Part shown: one piece after another, positions 38,624 through 48,660 of the stretch
How the letters are laid out: each line of letters starts with the position of its first letter
Numbering within the stretch: the first letter of the stretch is position 1
Source: Alphaproteobacteria bacterium
GTDB lineage: Bacteria > Pseudomonadota > Alphaproteobacteria > UBA7887
Assembly (NCBI GenBank): GCA_965216755.1
Contig: CBDCGL010000011.1
Coordinates: 64,001-128,000, forward strand
DNA: 64,000 bases
Reading direction: 5' to 3'
The notes under the pieces: generated by a model
Databases searched by the model: none
What the model was told of the DNA's origin: nothing
Seen by the model: the letters and a program-made list of their open reading frames with translations, nothing else
Translations under genes and position numbers: made by a program

Positions 38624-39171
38624 GCTTTGGGTGACCTCAGGCTTTTCGCGGAGACAATCCGCGAGTTGATTCCACACCAGCTCAGTTCGCCCGACAGGCG
38701 CCCGAACTCAATCTTTGGGCATCGGTTCATGATCACAGTCAGGCCGGCTTCTTCAGCCAGCTCGGCAGCCTTGTCGTTGCGCACGCCCAATTGCATCCAC
38801 AGGATCTTGATGCCTTTTTCGTTCTTGTTGGCGATCACGTCTTTGGTAATCTCGTAGGCTTCCTCCGACGTGCGAAAGATATCGACCATATCAAGCCGGT
38901 CAGGAACGTCGGCGATGCTGCCATAGACCCGCTCGCCCAGGATTGTCTCGCCGGCGCGCGCCGGATTAACCGGGATGATCCGAAATCCCTTATGTTGCAG
39001 ATACTTCATGGCGTAATAGCTCGGCCGTCGCCACAAAGTGCTGGCACCGACCATGGCGAATGTTCGCACCATGCGCAGAATGCCGCGCAGTTTCTTGTCG
39101 GAATAGTTGTTATGCCGCTCCAGATAGATCAGCGAGTTATCCGGTGCGGCTTGTGCGGCTGGCTGCGCCAT
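38620..39171 (-). CDS. CoA-binding protein (YccU-like)
   Basis: AMVGAS, PVNP, DMVDIFR, WMQLG, MNRCPKIE. Confidence 0.92.
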   Translation of the reverse strand: MAQPAAQAAPDNSLIYLERHNNYSDKKLRGILRMVRTFAMVGASTLWRRPSYYAMKYLQHKGFRIIPVNPARAGETILGERVYGSIADVPDRLDMVDIFRTSEEAYEITKDVIANKNEKGIKILWMQLGVRNDKAAELAEEAGLTVIMNRCPKIEFGRLSGELSWCGINSRIVSAKSLRSPKA

Positions 39172-39290
39172 ATCGCTAAACCCTCATTCCCAATTCCAAT
39201 TTGTGGGGCGACTGCCCGACAAAAGACGGTACAAATCTAAACGCGAAGCGCGTCTGGCACGCCCCGACCGCCAACAGCAGTCGCGGACTC

Positions 39291-39764
39291 CTAGGCTGCG
39301 GTGGTATCAGTGTCAAGTTGAGCAGCCGTCGGACTGCCGCCAAACAACCTAAAATGCTCTTTTTTTGGACATCGATCCATGACCACGGACAGGCCTGCCG
39401 CCGTTGCCCTTACCGCCGCCGCATCGTCACGGACACCTTCCTGCATCCAAATCACCCGAGCGCCGACGGCAATAGCCTCATCGACAATCGCGCCGGCCGC
39501 CTGGGGCTTGCGAAATATGCTGACCATGTCGATCGGCGCTTCAATCTCGGCAAGATTTCCAACAACGTCGCGTCCAAGGATTTCCCGGCCAACTTCATTC
39601 GGATTGACGGGATAGATCGTATAGCCCATCGATTGAAGATATTGCATGGTGTAGCAACTGGGACGTTCCCAGTCAGGACTGGCGCCAACGATGGCAATAT
39701 TGTGGACGCTTTCCAACACGCCACGCAAATGGGCGTCAGGATATGTCAACGACGTCTCGCGCAT
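39291..39764 (-). CDS. CoA-binding protein (YccU-like), second paralog
   Basis: AIVGAS, PVNP, DMVSIFR, WMQEG, MDRCPK. Confidence 0.9.
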   Translation of the reverse strand: MRETSLTYPDAHLRGVLESVHNIAIVGASPDWERPSCYTMQYLQSMGYTIYPVNPNEVGREILGRDVVGNLAEIEAPIDMVSIFRKPQAAGAIVDEAIAVGARVIWMQEGVRDDAAAVRATAAGLSVVMDRCPKKEHFRLFGGSPTAAQLDTDTTAA

Positions 39765-39787
39765 GGTCGTCACCGATGGGCTTGTTG

Positions 39788-40597
39788 TTATGCCCCTTCC
39801 CAACGCGGTTTGCGTTTTTGCAGGAACGCTTCAATGCCTTCAGCCGCGTCGCGCGCCAACATGTTGTCAGTCATCACCTGGCTGGTATAGGCGTAAGCAT
39901 CCTCTAATGGAAGTTCGACCTGACGGTAAAAGGCCTCTTTGCCGATGGCGACCGTCAATGGTGACTTTTCCGCAATCTTGCGGGCAAGTTCCACAACCGT
40001 CGCGTCCAGCAGGTCCGGCGCGACAATGCGATTGATCAGTCCAAAGGAACGGGCACTCTCCGCATCGACCAGCTCACCCGTCAGCAACATCTCCATTGCG
40101 GCCTTGCGGCCAACCGCGCGGCTGAGCGCGACCATGGGCGTTGAACAGAACAGGCCGATGTTGACGCCCGGCGTTGCGAAGCGGGCGTCGCTGGCTGCAA
40201 CCGCAAGATCGCAAGTGGCCACCAACTGGCATCCAGCCGCGGTGGCAATACCGTGCACCGCCGCAATCACGGGTTTGGGCAAATGGGTCAGCGTAACCAT
40301 GAGACGGCTGCACTGCTGAAACAGGGCCTCGTAAATCTCGCGGCCGGTTTCGGCGCGCATTTCCTTCAGGTCATGGCCCGCGCAAAATGCCGGCCCGGCA
40401 CCGCGAATAACCACAACTTTGACCGATGGATCGTCGCGAATCGCATCCAATTCATCTTGAAACGCCAACATCAGTGCGCGTGATAGGGCATTGCGAGCAG
40501 CCGGTCGGTTGAGTGTAAGGGTCGCGATTCCGTCCGCATCATCGCGCAAGCAAAGGGTCTCAGTCTGGTCCAAAGTCGCATTCGTGACGGCCATCAC
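39788..40597 (-). CDS. Enoyl-CoA hydratase (ECHDC3-like)
   Basis: FCAGHDLKE, AAGCQLVATCD, TPGVNIGLFCSTP. Confidence 0.92.
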   Translation of the reverse strand: MMAVTNATLDQTETLCLRDDADGIATLTLNRPAARNALSRALMLAFQDELDAIRDDPSVKVVVIRGAGPAFCAGHDLKEMRAETGREIYEALFQQCSRLMVTLTHLPKPVIAAVHGIATAAGCQLVATCDLAVAASDARFATPGVNIGLFCSTPMVALSRAVGRKAAMEMLLTGELVDAESARSFGLINRIVAPDLLDATVVELARKIAEKSPLTVAIGKEAFYRQVELPLEDAYAYTSQVMTDNMLARDAAEGIEAFLQKRKPRWEGA

Positions 40598-40699
40598 AAG
40601 TCTCCAAGATCGAGGTCGCTACATTGAGATTAACTCAATCAGTCAATTTGCGGAACGACGCTGGGTGTTGCGCGACGACCGATTAGATTGGCCCAAGGT

Positions 40700-40715
40700 G
40701 TTAAGACATCTTAAC
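40700..40715. promoter_or_regulatory. Palindromic TTAA-containing site upstream of the Flp pilin gene
   Basis: GTTAAGA-CA-TCTTAAC perfect inverted repeat about 60 bp before the pilin ATG. Confidence 0.5.
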
Positions 40716-40773
40716 GGATAATTAGAGGGCCGCTGGTTCAATCTAGGGCCCTCGGAATTATCGGCGTCGGTGA

Positions 40774-40950
40774 ATGATGCAGCATTTTCGAAAGCTATGG
40801 CGAGCTCGATCTGCGACGACCGCCATCGAGTACGCGCTGATTGCATCCCTTGTCGTTGTTGCAATCATTGCGAGCGTGTCCACCCTCGGTACCGGCGTGC
40901 AAACTTTGCATCAGGGCGTCGCAGACGACGTCAGTACCGCTGCGCAATAG
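40774..40950 (+). CDS. flp: Flp/Fap family type IVc pilin (58 aa, not in the ORF track)
   Basis: MMQHFRKLWRARSA-TTAIEYALIASLVVVAIIASVSTLGTGVQTLHQGVADDVSTAAQ: basic leader, E+5/Y+6 Flp motif, hydrophobic helix, LG. Confidence 0.85.
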   Translation: MMQHFRKLWRARSATTAIEYALIASLVVVAIIASVSTLGTGVQTLHQGVADDVSTAAQ

Positions 40951-41010
40951 CACTGACCCGGTATTATAATACCATCTCGATAACTTGCTAAAATATATCT
41001 TTTTTTCGCG

Positions 41011-41038
41011 TTGACAGCCAAAGGCGACTGCGCATACT
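41011..41038 (+). promoter_or_regulatory. Sigma70-type promoter of rplM-rpsI
   Basis: TTGACA-N16-CATACT preceded by an AT-rich tract. Confidence 0.65.
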
Positions 41039-41111
41039 GCGTCGTTCTTCAGCATGGCCATTCGCGCGTTGCGGCAACCTGCCGCGGCGCCGCCGCAAGA
41101 GACCGCGCAGC

Positions 41112-41576
41112 ATGAAAACGTATTCCGCAAAACCAGCCGAGGTCGAGCGAAAGTGGTTTGTGATCGACGCCGAGGGTGTTGTCCTTGGTCGGCTGGCTTC
41201 GTTTGTCGCCAATCGCTTGCGCGGCAAGCACAAACCAATATACACGCCGCATATCGATTGCGGCGATAACATCATTGTGGTCAATGCCGACAAAGTGCGA
41301 CTCACGGGCCGCAAAGCGGCCAACAAGATCCATTATTGGCATACGGGGTATCCCGGTGGCATCAAGAGCCGGACGTACGGTGCGATGTTGACTGGCAAAC
41401 ACCCGGAACGCGTCGTCATCAAGGCGATCGAGCGTATGGTGCCACGCGGACCTTTGGGGCGTGATCAGATGCGCAAATTGCATGTCTACGCGGGGGCTGG
41501 TCATCCACACGCGGCGCAAGAGCCGGAATCGATAGATCTGGCGGCGATGAACCCAAAGAATAAGAGGGCTGGATAA
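41112..41576 (+). CDS. rplM: 50S ribosomal protein L13
   Basis: [35 protein letters not shown]. Confidence 0.99.
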   Translation: MKTYSAKPAEVERKWFVIDAEGVVLGRLASFVANRLRGKHKPIYTPHIDCGDNIIVVNADKVRLTGRKAANKIHYWHTGYPGGIKSRTYGAMLTGKHPERVVIKAIERMVPRGPLGRDQMRKLHVYAGAGHPHAAQEPESIDLAAMNPKNKRAG

Positions 41577-41578
41577 CC

Positions 41579-42103
41579 GTGGCCGAAGAGAAGAAAACGC
41601 TTGAGGACCTAAAGGAACTTACGGAGCAAGCGCAAGCGTCCACACAGGAGTCCGGCGATGTTCCGCCGCCCGACGAAGCACTGGAATCGGTCCGTGCAGA
41701 ACCACAGATCGATGCACTCGGGCGGTCCTATGCGACAGGACGGCGCAAGGATGCAATCGCCCGTGTTTGGTTGAAACCGGGCTCCGGCAAGGTCACCGTA
41801 AACAAGCGTGCGCAAGAAGTGTATTTCGCTCGACCGGTGTTGCGTATGTTGTTGACGCAGCCGTTTGAGGTCGCTGGGCGCGCAAATCAGTATGATGTGT
41901 GGTGCACGGTTCGCGGCGGCGGATTGTCGGGGCAAGCGGGTGCCGTGCGTCACGGGATCAGCCGCGCCTTGGTTGCCTACGAGCCCGAACTCCGTCCCGC
42001 CCTCAAGAAAGGTGGCTTTCTGACTCGCGATGCGCGCGTTGTAGAGCGCAAGAAATACGGTAAACCGAAAGCACGTCGCAGCTTTCAGTTTTCGAAGCGT
42101 TAG
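41579..42103 (+). CDS. rpsI: 30S ribosomal protein S9
   Basis: [31 protein letters not shown]. Confidence 0.99.
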   Translation: MAEEKKTLEDLKELTEQAQASTQESGDVPPPDEALESVRAEPQIDALGRSYATGRRKDAIARVWLKPGSGKVTVNKRAQEVYFARPVLRMLLTQPFEVAGRANQYDVWCTVRGGGLSGQAGAVRHGISRALVAYEPELRPALKKGGFLTRDARVVERKKYGKPKARRSFQFSKR

Positions 42104-42244
42104 GCTCGGATCGCCGCATTTACTTTTGCTTTGCCGCCGGTGTCCGTTCGCCGACGATGTACGGCCAACAATCAAGAAGAAGATTACGGTTGTCGGACCG
42201 GCGCTCTGCACGGATGATGTCCGTTCATGCACGAGGTCGTCGAC

Positions 42245-43297
42245 ATGACCCAGTCAGTTTCAAAAATCAAAGTGGCTGTCTTGGGTGCCAGTGGTTACAC
42301 TGGCGCCGAAACAATTCGGCTCGCAGTTCACCATCCCGCGATTGAAATTGCTGCGTTGACGGCGGATCGCCACGCTGGTGAAGACGTTGGTGCCGTCTAC
42401 CCACACTTGGCCGGATTGGGATTGCCGGATCTGGAGCGTATCGACGAGATCGATTTTACGATGCTCGACGCGGTGTTTTGCTGTCTGCCACATGGAACAA
42501 CGCAAGACGTGATTGCGGCACTGCCGAGTCACCTAAAGGTCGTCGACCTTTCGGCGGATTTCAGATTAAACGATTTCGACACGTACGAAACTTGGTACGG
42601 GCACGCCCATCGGGCCCCCGAATTGCAGTCACAAGCTGTATACGGACTCACTGAGATGGCACGGGAACGCATTACGGGCGCGCGCCTAATTGCGTGCCCT
42701 GGCTGCTATCCGACCTGTGCCTTGTTGCCCCTGTTGCCACTGATCGATGACCGTCTCATCGATATTCGCAATATCATCGTTGATGCCAAGTCCGGGGTAA
42801 CCGGAGCGGGGCGGGCCGCCAAACAGGTTATGCTGTATGGAGAAATTGCTGAGGGCCTTAACGCTTACGGTATCGCCAATCACCGGCATACGCCGGAAAT
42901 GGAACAGGAATTATCTCACCTGGCAGGTACGCCATTGACGGTGACGTTTACCCCGCATTTGGTGCCGATGAACCGTGGAATTCTTTCAACCATCTATGTT
43001 CAGCTGGCAGATGGTTTAACGGCTACTGATTTACGGCAAGGGCTATTATCACGCTATCAAGACGAGCCGTTTATTCGGGTCACGCCACAAGGTGCGGCGC
43101 CCGCGACACGTCATGTGCGCGGATCAAACTATTGTTTGATGGGTGTTTTCGACGATCGGGTGGACGGACGCGCGATCTTGGTTGCAGCCATTGACAATTT
43201 GGTCAAGGGGTCCTCGGGCCAAGCTGTGCAGAATTTCAATGTCGCGTTTGGCCTGCCGGAGACGACCGGACTGGAGCAGGAGCCGCTATTTCCATAA
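42245..43297 (+). CDS. argC: N-acetyl-gamma-glutamyl-phosphate reductase
   Basis: GASGYTG, DLSADFR, PGCYPT, SGVTGAGR, DNLVKG. Confidence 0.97.
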   Translation: MTQSVSKIKVAVLGASGYTGAETIRLAVHHPAIEIAALTADRHAGEDVGAVYPHLAGLGLPDLERIDEIDFTMLDAVFCCLPHGTTQDVIAALPSHLKVVDLSADFRLNDFDTYETWYGHAHRAPELQSQAVYGLTEMARERITGARLIACPGCYPTCALLPLLPLIDDRLIDIRNIIVDAKSGVTGAGRAAKQVMLYGEIAEGLNAYGIANHRHTPEMEQELSHLAGTPLTVTFTPHLVPMNRGILSTIYVQLADGLTATDLRQGLLSRYQDEPFIRVTPQGAAPATRHVRGSNYCLMGVFDDRVDGRAILVAAIDNLVKGSSGQAVQNFNVAFGLPETTGLEQEPLFP

Positions 43298-43399
43298 CCG
43301 CGTCCGAAGTATATTTTGTGACCAGGCCATCATGCCTGCTTCAGATCGGGGCGTGCATAATGCCAATCGCGCAGGGTCCGACGGCGACCGTGAACCGGC

Positions 43400-43831
43400 A
43401 TGGCTAGCGATTACAGCGCGATCAAGCAAAGTGCCGTGCTGCCTTATCGTTGGCGAAAAGGCAAACTTGAAATCTTGCTTGTTACGTCTTTGGATACCGG
43501 CCGGTGGGTTATTCCGAAGGGGAATATTGCCGCCGGCCTTACGGCAAGGGGTTCGGCGATCAAGGAAGCTTTCGAAGAGGCCGGAATTACGGGCAAAACC
43601 GCGGAAGAAAGTATTGGTGCCTTCAATTATGCGAAAACCGAGTTGAAGGGTGGCTGGGTTTGCCGGGTCGATGTGTTTCCAATGCGCGTTAAAGAGGAGG
43701 TATGCAAGTGGCCGGAAAAAGGCCAACGGCACCGGGAGTGGAAACCACTCGGTGCCGCGGCCGCGGTCGTCGATGAGGACGAACTTCGGCGCTTGATGCT
43801 CAAGTTTGGCGAGGCGCTTCGGCCGGATTGA
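43400..43831 (+). CDS. NUDIX hydrolase (DIPP-like)
   Basis: LLVTS..TGRWVIPKG, KEAFEEAG, WPE...R.R.W. Confidence 0.88.
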   Translation: MASDYSAIKQSAVLPYRWRKGKLEILLVTSLDTGRWVIPKGNIAAGLTARGSAIKEAFEEAGITGKTAEESIGAFNYAKTELKGGWVCRVDVFPMRVKEEVCKWPEKGQRHREWKPLGAAAAVVDEDELRRLMLKFGEALRPD

Positions 43832-43886
43832 TCTGGTCGATCATTCCCAATTCATCATGCCGTGCGCCAGTGCAGACGTGTTTCAA

Positions 43887-44915
43887 TCATGGCTCTGGTG
43901 AGACACGCACGACCAGCTTGCCAAAGTTCTTGCCCTTCAAGAGACCGATCAATCCGTTCGGGGCATTCTCCAGACCGTCAATGAAGTCCTCGCGATACTT
44001 GATATTGCCTGTCTGCACCCAACCGCCGACATCTCGCAAGAAGTCTCCCAACTGGTCGGCGTAATCTCGGACGATGAACCCGCGCACAGTGATGCGGTTG
44101 ACCAGTATGCGCATCATGAACGCTGGTAGGTGATCCGGGCCCGAAGGTAGCGCGGTGTCGTTGTAGTGCGAAATCATCCCACAAACGGGTATGCGAGATA
44201 ACATGTTCATTAGCGGAAACACAGCCCTTAGCACGGGCCCACCAACATTCTCGAAGTAGACATCGATGCCGTCTGGACATGCCTCAGCCAGCGTTTCGTT
44301 AAGATTTGACGCCCGATGGTCGACACAAGCATCAAAACCCAGTTCCTCCGTGACAAAGGCACATTTTTCAGGGCCTCCAGCAATCCCGACAGTGCGGCAG
44401 CCTTTGATTTTGGCAATTTGCCCAACGACGCTACCCACCGCGCCAGAGGCTGCCGCGACCACGACTGTTTCGCCCGACTTAGGTTGGCCCAGATTCAGAA
44501 GGCCCGTGTACGCGGTCATTCCCGGCATACCAAGAACACCGAGCGCTGTCGAAAGCGGCGCAATATTGCGGTCGACTTTGCGCATATCCGCGCCGTCGGT
44601 GACTGTGTAATCCTGCCAACCGGCTCGTCCAACGACAACGTCGCCAACCGCGAATTTGTCGTTTTTCGACTCCTCGACCACGCTGACGGTACCACCCTCC
44701 ATGACACCGTCAATTTCGACCGGTGCGGCGTAACTGGCGCCGGCATTCATGCGGCCGCGCATGTAGGGGTCCAACGACAAATAGATCGTGCGACACAGGA
44801 ATTGGCCGTCCCGGGCGATCGGAACGGTACCTTCCTCCAAACGAAAATTCGCGGGCGTGGGTTCACCCTCGGGGCGTGATGCCAACAGGACTCGACGATT
44901 GGTCGTCTGCGTCAT
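43887..44915 (-). CDS. NADP-dependent oxidoreductase (CurA/prostaglandin reductase-like MDR)
   Basis: LSLDPYMRGRM, LGMPGMTAY, AASGAVG, FENVGG, GKNFGK. Confidence 0.93.
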   Translation of the reverse strand: MTQTTNRRVLLASRPEGEPTPANFRLEEGTVPIARDGQFLCRTIYLSLDPYMRGRMNAGASYAAPVEIDGVMEGGTVSVVEESKNDKFAVGDVVVGRAGWQDYTVTDGADMRKVDRNIAPLSTALGVLGMPGMTAYTGLLNLGQPKSGETVVVAAASGAVGSVVGQIAKIKGCRTVGIAGGPEKCAFVTEELGFDACVDHRASNLNETLAEACPDGIDVYFENVGGPVLRAVFPLMNMLSRIPVCGMISHYNDTALPSGPDHLPAFMMRILVNRITVRGFIVRDYADQLGDFLRDVGGWVQTGNIKYREDFIDGLENAPNGLIGLLKGKNFGKLVVRVSPEP

Positions 44916-45105
44916 TTCCGAGCCTTTCGATTTTTGCGGCTGTCAGTAGGACAGCACAGAATACGAACTTGCAACGTGCGAGACCATCCACGTCGCATGC
45001 ATATAACATGACAGGTCAACGCAGATCGCCCCTTCGCGGCGCGAGACAGATCAACAATACTGCGTCAGTGGGTGTTGCAACCAAAACCGAGGAGGCATCG
45101 TCTCG

Positions 45106-46296
45106 ATGGCAGGGCCACTTACGGGTCTGAAGGTTTTGGATCTTTCGCGTTATATCGCTGGCCCCTACTGCGGAATGCTGCTTGGCGATTTGGGTGCAGA
45201 TGTCGTCAAAATCGAGAAACCGGGGGCGGGCGAGGATGCCCGCAAGATTCCGCCGCTTCACGCTGGCGATAGTCTGTTTGTGTTTGTCTTCAACCGGAAC
45301 AAACGAAGTCTCACAATCGATCTTCGTCATCCCGATGGGCCCGGCTTGGTTCGCGAACTCGCCCAACACGCAGACATTCTCATTGAGAATTTCCGACCCG
45401 GCATAATGGAAGAGATCGGCTGTGGTTGGGGCACGCTGCATGGCCTTGACGAAAGGCTGATCATGGCGCGCATATCGGGCTATGGCCAAGACGGCCCCTA
45501 TGCGAAGCGGGCGACTTTTGACGCCATTGCGCAAGCGTCGAGCGGTCTTATGACGTTGACCGGACCCGCTGATGGTCCGCCCACAATCGCGGGCACAACG
45601 ATCGTTGACCACACGACAGGATTGCACGCTGTGATCGGTATCCTGGCTGCGCTACAGGCCCGTCACCAAACCGGCCGAGGGCAATTGGTCGATGCAGCCT
45701 TGTTTGATAGCGCGATGTCAATGATGATGACGGCGATACCGGCATTCGACCTGTTTGGTACGGAATCAGTGCGCGATGGCAACCGTGATCGCTTCGGTGC
45801 GCCTGGCAATGCGTTTCCGACCAAGGACGGCGGCTATGTTTACATCATCGCTGGCGGTGACGATCGGTTTCAGCGATGTACGGCTGCCATGGAACGGCCG
45901 GACTTGCTCGAGGATCGTCGTTTTCAGGACAACGACTCACGGATGGTCAACGTTGCTGCACTAGAGGAGGCGATCTCTGAGTGGACAGCTGCCCGGACCG
46001 CCACCGAAATCGAAGCGATCATGGCCAAGGCTCGGATTCCATGTGGGGTGGTCAAAAAGGTTGCGGATCTATTCGATCATCCACAGGTCAAACATAGACA
46101 TCAGATTCTGGAGGTGCCGCATGCATCGGATGGATCAGTGCGGATGCAAGGTCATATTGCACACCTGTCGGAAAATGCGGCCGACATCCGACGCCCACCA
46201 CCGGCGCCAGGACAACACCGTGCCGAGGTTCTGGCTGAGTGGCTCAGCTACGATGCGTCGCGAATCAGGGCTCTGGCGGACAGCGGCGTGATATGA
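45106..46296 (+). CDS. CaiB/BaiF family III CoA-transferase
   Basis: AGPYCG..L.DLGADV.K.E, NRNKRS, ENFRPG, ISGYGQ.GP. Confidence 0.93.
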   Translation: MAGPLTGLKVLDLSRYIAGPYCGMLLGDLGADVVKIEKPGAGEDARKIPPLHAGDSLFVFVFNRNKRSLTIDLRHPDGPGLVRELAQHADILIENFRPGIMEEIGCGWGTLHGLDERLIMARISGYGQDGPYAKRATFDAIAQASSGLMTLTGPADGPPTIAGTTIVDHTTGLHAVIGILAALQARHQTGRGQLVDAALFDSAMSMMMTAIPAFDLFGTESVRDGNRDRFGAPGNAFPTKDGGYVYIIAGGDDRFQRCTAAMERPDLLEDRRFQDNDSRMVNVAALEEAISEWTAARTATEIEAIMAKARIPCGVVKKVADLFDHPQVKHRHQILEVPHASDGSVRMQGHIAHLSENAADIRRPPPAPGQHRAEVLAEWLSYDASRIRALADSGVI

Positions 46297-46394
46297 ACCC
46301 AAATCACCCGAGGGACAGTGGTTCTCGCGATCGCGTTGTCACCTTACTGATGGACGGCTTCGGCAGCGGGGACATGGTCTCGCTGGAAAATGCG

Positions 46395-47189
46395 CTAGCG
46401 GCCACGAAACACCGGTGTGCGTTTTTCTACGAACGCTTTGGCAGCCTCTTTGTGGTCTTCCGTCATTCCGCAGCGCGTATGATGCAAGGCCTCCATATCC
46501 AGAAGCTGCGTCAACGGCGCATGCTCGGATGTATTCATGTTGCGTTTCATGTAGCCGAGCGCGATCGACGGGCCACTGGCTAACTGCGCGGCGAGGGCGC
46601 GTGATTCCACCATGAGTTCGTCGTCGGACACCAGGCGATTGATCATTCCCAACGCATGCGCGGTTTCGGCATCGATCAAGTCGGCCGTGTAATATAGTTC
46701 TCGAGCCTTGCCCGTGCCAATGATCTTGCTCAAAAAGTAGCTGCCGCCGAAATCACCCGAATAACCAACGCGACCAAACGCTGTCGTGAACTTCGCGGAC
46801 GATGCGGCAACACGGATATCACAGGCTAGTGCAATGGATAGCCCGGCACCAGCCGCGGGACCTGGTATGACCGCGATCGTTGGTTTTGGCATCTCATGCA
46901 GCCAGCGAGACACTTCCATATAGCTGCGCAATTTTGCCACCTTGCCCTCAAGGTCATCCGCGGCAAACTCGGACCCCTCGGCCATCGCCTTGACGTCGCC
47001 GCCGGAACAAAAAGCACCGCCAGTGCCGGTCAGGATGACCGCGCCGACATCACGATTTTCCGCAACCTCCGGTAGGGTGTCCAGCATCGCATTCAACATC
47101 GCTGGCGACAATGCGTTGCGGCGCTCAGGGCGGTTCATTGTCAAAGTCGCGACGCGATCGGAAATCTCTACAATCAGATCATCGGCCAC
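46395..47189 (-). CDS. Enoyl-CoA hydratase/isomerase (PaaG-like)
   Basis: FCSGGD, AAGAGLSIALACD, GYSGDFGG (Asp-type active site). Confidence 0.88.
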   Translation of the reverse strand: MADDLIVEISDRVATLTMNRPERRNALSPAMLNAMLDTLPEVAENRDVGAVILTGTGGAFCSGGDVKAMAEGSEFAADDLEGKVAKLRSYMEVSRWLHEMPKPTIAVIPGPAAGAGLSIALACDIRVAASSAKFTTAFGRVGYSGDFGGSYFLSKIIGTGKARELYYTADLIDAETAHALGMINRLVSDDELMVESRALAAQLASGPSIALGYMKRNMNTSEHAPLTQLLDMEALHHTRCGMTEDHKEAAKAFVEKRTPVFRGR

Positions 47190-47215
47190 ATTTCAGTTTC
47201 CTTGTTTAGTAGCTG

Positions 47216-47911
47216 TCATACTTCCAGCCATTCCCGTCGGACGTCTTCGTCGTTTAGGAAATCTTCAACGGACCCGTCAAACACAATTTTACCATGGCCC
47301 ATAACGAAGATCCGGCTCGAGATCTTCAAAGCGATATCTAGCTTTTGTTCGACCAAAAGAATGGAAATCCCTCTGCGCGCAATTTCGGCCAGCAGATTAC
47401 TGACCTGTTGCACAAGCTTTGGCGCGAGTCCTTCGGTTGGCTCGTCGATCATGATCAGATCCGGATCGCCCATCAATGTGCGGCACATTGTGAGCATTTG
47501 TTTCTCGCCTCCGGAAATCACGCTGCCCAGCGTATCTGCTCGTTCTTCGAGATTCGGAAACATGGAGAACATGTCGTCGATGGACCAGCGGCCGCTGCGC
47601 CTCATATCCTTAATCCCGAGGATTAAGTTCTGCCGGACGGTAAGCGTTGGGAAAATGTTCCGATTTTCTGGGACGTAGCCGATGCCACTGCGCGCGATCC
47701 GATGAATCTTCATCCCCGCGATATTGCGGCCTTGAAATTCAATGGTTCCAATGGGCACGACCTCACCCATGATCGCTTTCAGAGTGGTCGAGCGGCCAAC
47801 ACCATTACGTCCAAGCAAACTGACAATTTCGCCCGGTTGAACATCAAGATTCACGCCTTGAAGAATATGGCTTTTGCCGTAGTAGGCATGCAGGTCGCGG
47901 ACGGTAAGCAT
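47216..47911 (-). CDS. Branched-chain amino acid-type ABC transporter ATPase (LivF-like)
   Basis: GRNGVGRST Walker A variant, ISGGEKQM, DEPTEGL. Confidence 0.93.
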   Translation of the reverse strand: MLTVRDLHAYYGKSHILQGVNLDVQPGEIVSLLGRNGVGRSTTLKAIMGEVVPIGTIEFQGRNIAGMKIHRIARSGIGYVPENRNIFPTLTVRQNLILGIKDMRRSGRWSIDDMFSMFPNLEERADTLGSVISGGEKQMLTMCRTLMGDPDLIMIDEPTEGLAPKLVQQVSNLLAEIARRGISILLVEQKLDIALKISSRIFVMGHGKIVFDGSVEDFLNDEDVRREWLEV

Positions 47912-48660
47912 TACGTCGCGTCGGTGCCAAGATAGGCTTGCTGGACGCTCTTGTTATTGCGGATTTCATCAGGCGTGCCAGTCGCGATAATTTCACCATA
48001 TACAAGAACCGATATCCGATCGGCCAAATCGAAAACAACACGCATGTCGTGTTCCACGATTACCAGGGTTTTGCCTTCGGAGACAGAACGGATCAATGCG
48101 ACCGCCTGGGCGATTTCCGTGTTGCTCATGCCGGCCGTTGGCTCGTCAAGCATGATAACGTCGGCGCCGCCGGCAATCGTGATTCCCAGCTCCAAAGCGC
48201 GTTGGTCAGCGTAAGACAGCGATCCTGCCGGCAGCGCACGTTTTTCATACAGGCCAATTTGGTCAAGGACTTCATCGGCATGGTCGCATACATCGCGACA
48301 TCGCGACACCAACTTCCAAAAGACATACTTGTAGCCTTTAGACCAAAGGGTGCCGCAGCGAATATTGTCTTGCACCGTCATGCGGTGAAAAATGTTGGTC
48401 ACCTGAAAACTGCGGCTCAAGCCAAGGCGTGTAATCTGGTGGGCGACCTTGCCGGTAACATCCTGCCCCTTGAGGTGGATTCTTCCGCGCGTCGTCGGGA
48501 ACAAGCCGCTGATCAAGTTGAACAGAGTTGATTTGCCCGCGCCATTCGGACCGATGATGGCGTGGCGCTCGCCAGCCTCGACTATAAGATCGACGCCGCG
48601 AATGATTTCGGATTTGCCGAAGGACTTGTAGATGTTGACGAGCTGCAGGGCGGCAGTCAT
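47911..48660 (-). CDS. Branched-chain amino acid-type ABC transporter ATPase (LivG-like)
   Basis: GPNGAGKST, LSY.DQR, DEPTAG, VEHDM. Confidence 0.93.
   Translation of the reverse strand: MTAALQLVNIYKSFGKSEIIRGVDLIVEAGERHAIIGPNGAGKSTLFNLISGLFPTTRGRIHLKGQDVTGKVAHQITRLGLSRSFQVTNIFHRMTVQDNIRCGTLWSKGYKYVFWKLVSRCRDVCDHADEVLDQIGLYEKRALPAGSLSYADQRALELGITIAGGADVIMLDEPTAGMSNTEIAQAVALIRSVSEGKTLVIVEHDMRVVFDLADRISVLVYGEIIATGTPDEIRNNKSVQQAYLGTDAT

Noticed and set aside
40770-40991. 73-aa Cys/Arg-rich ORF from the track
   Set aside because: Off-frame overlap of the Flp pilin at 40774-40950
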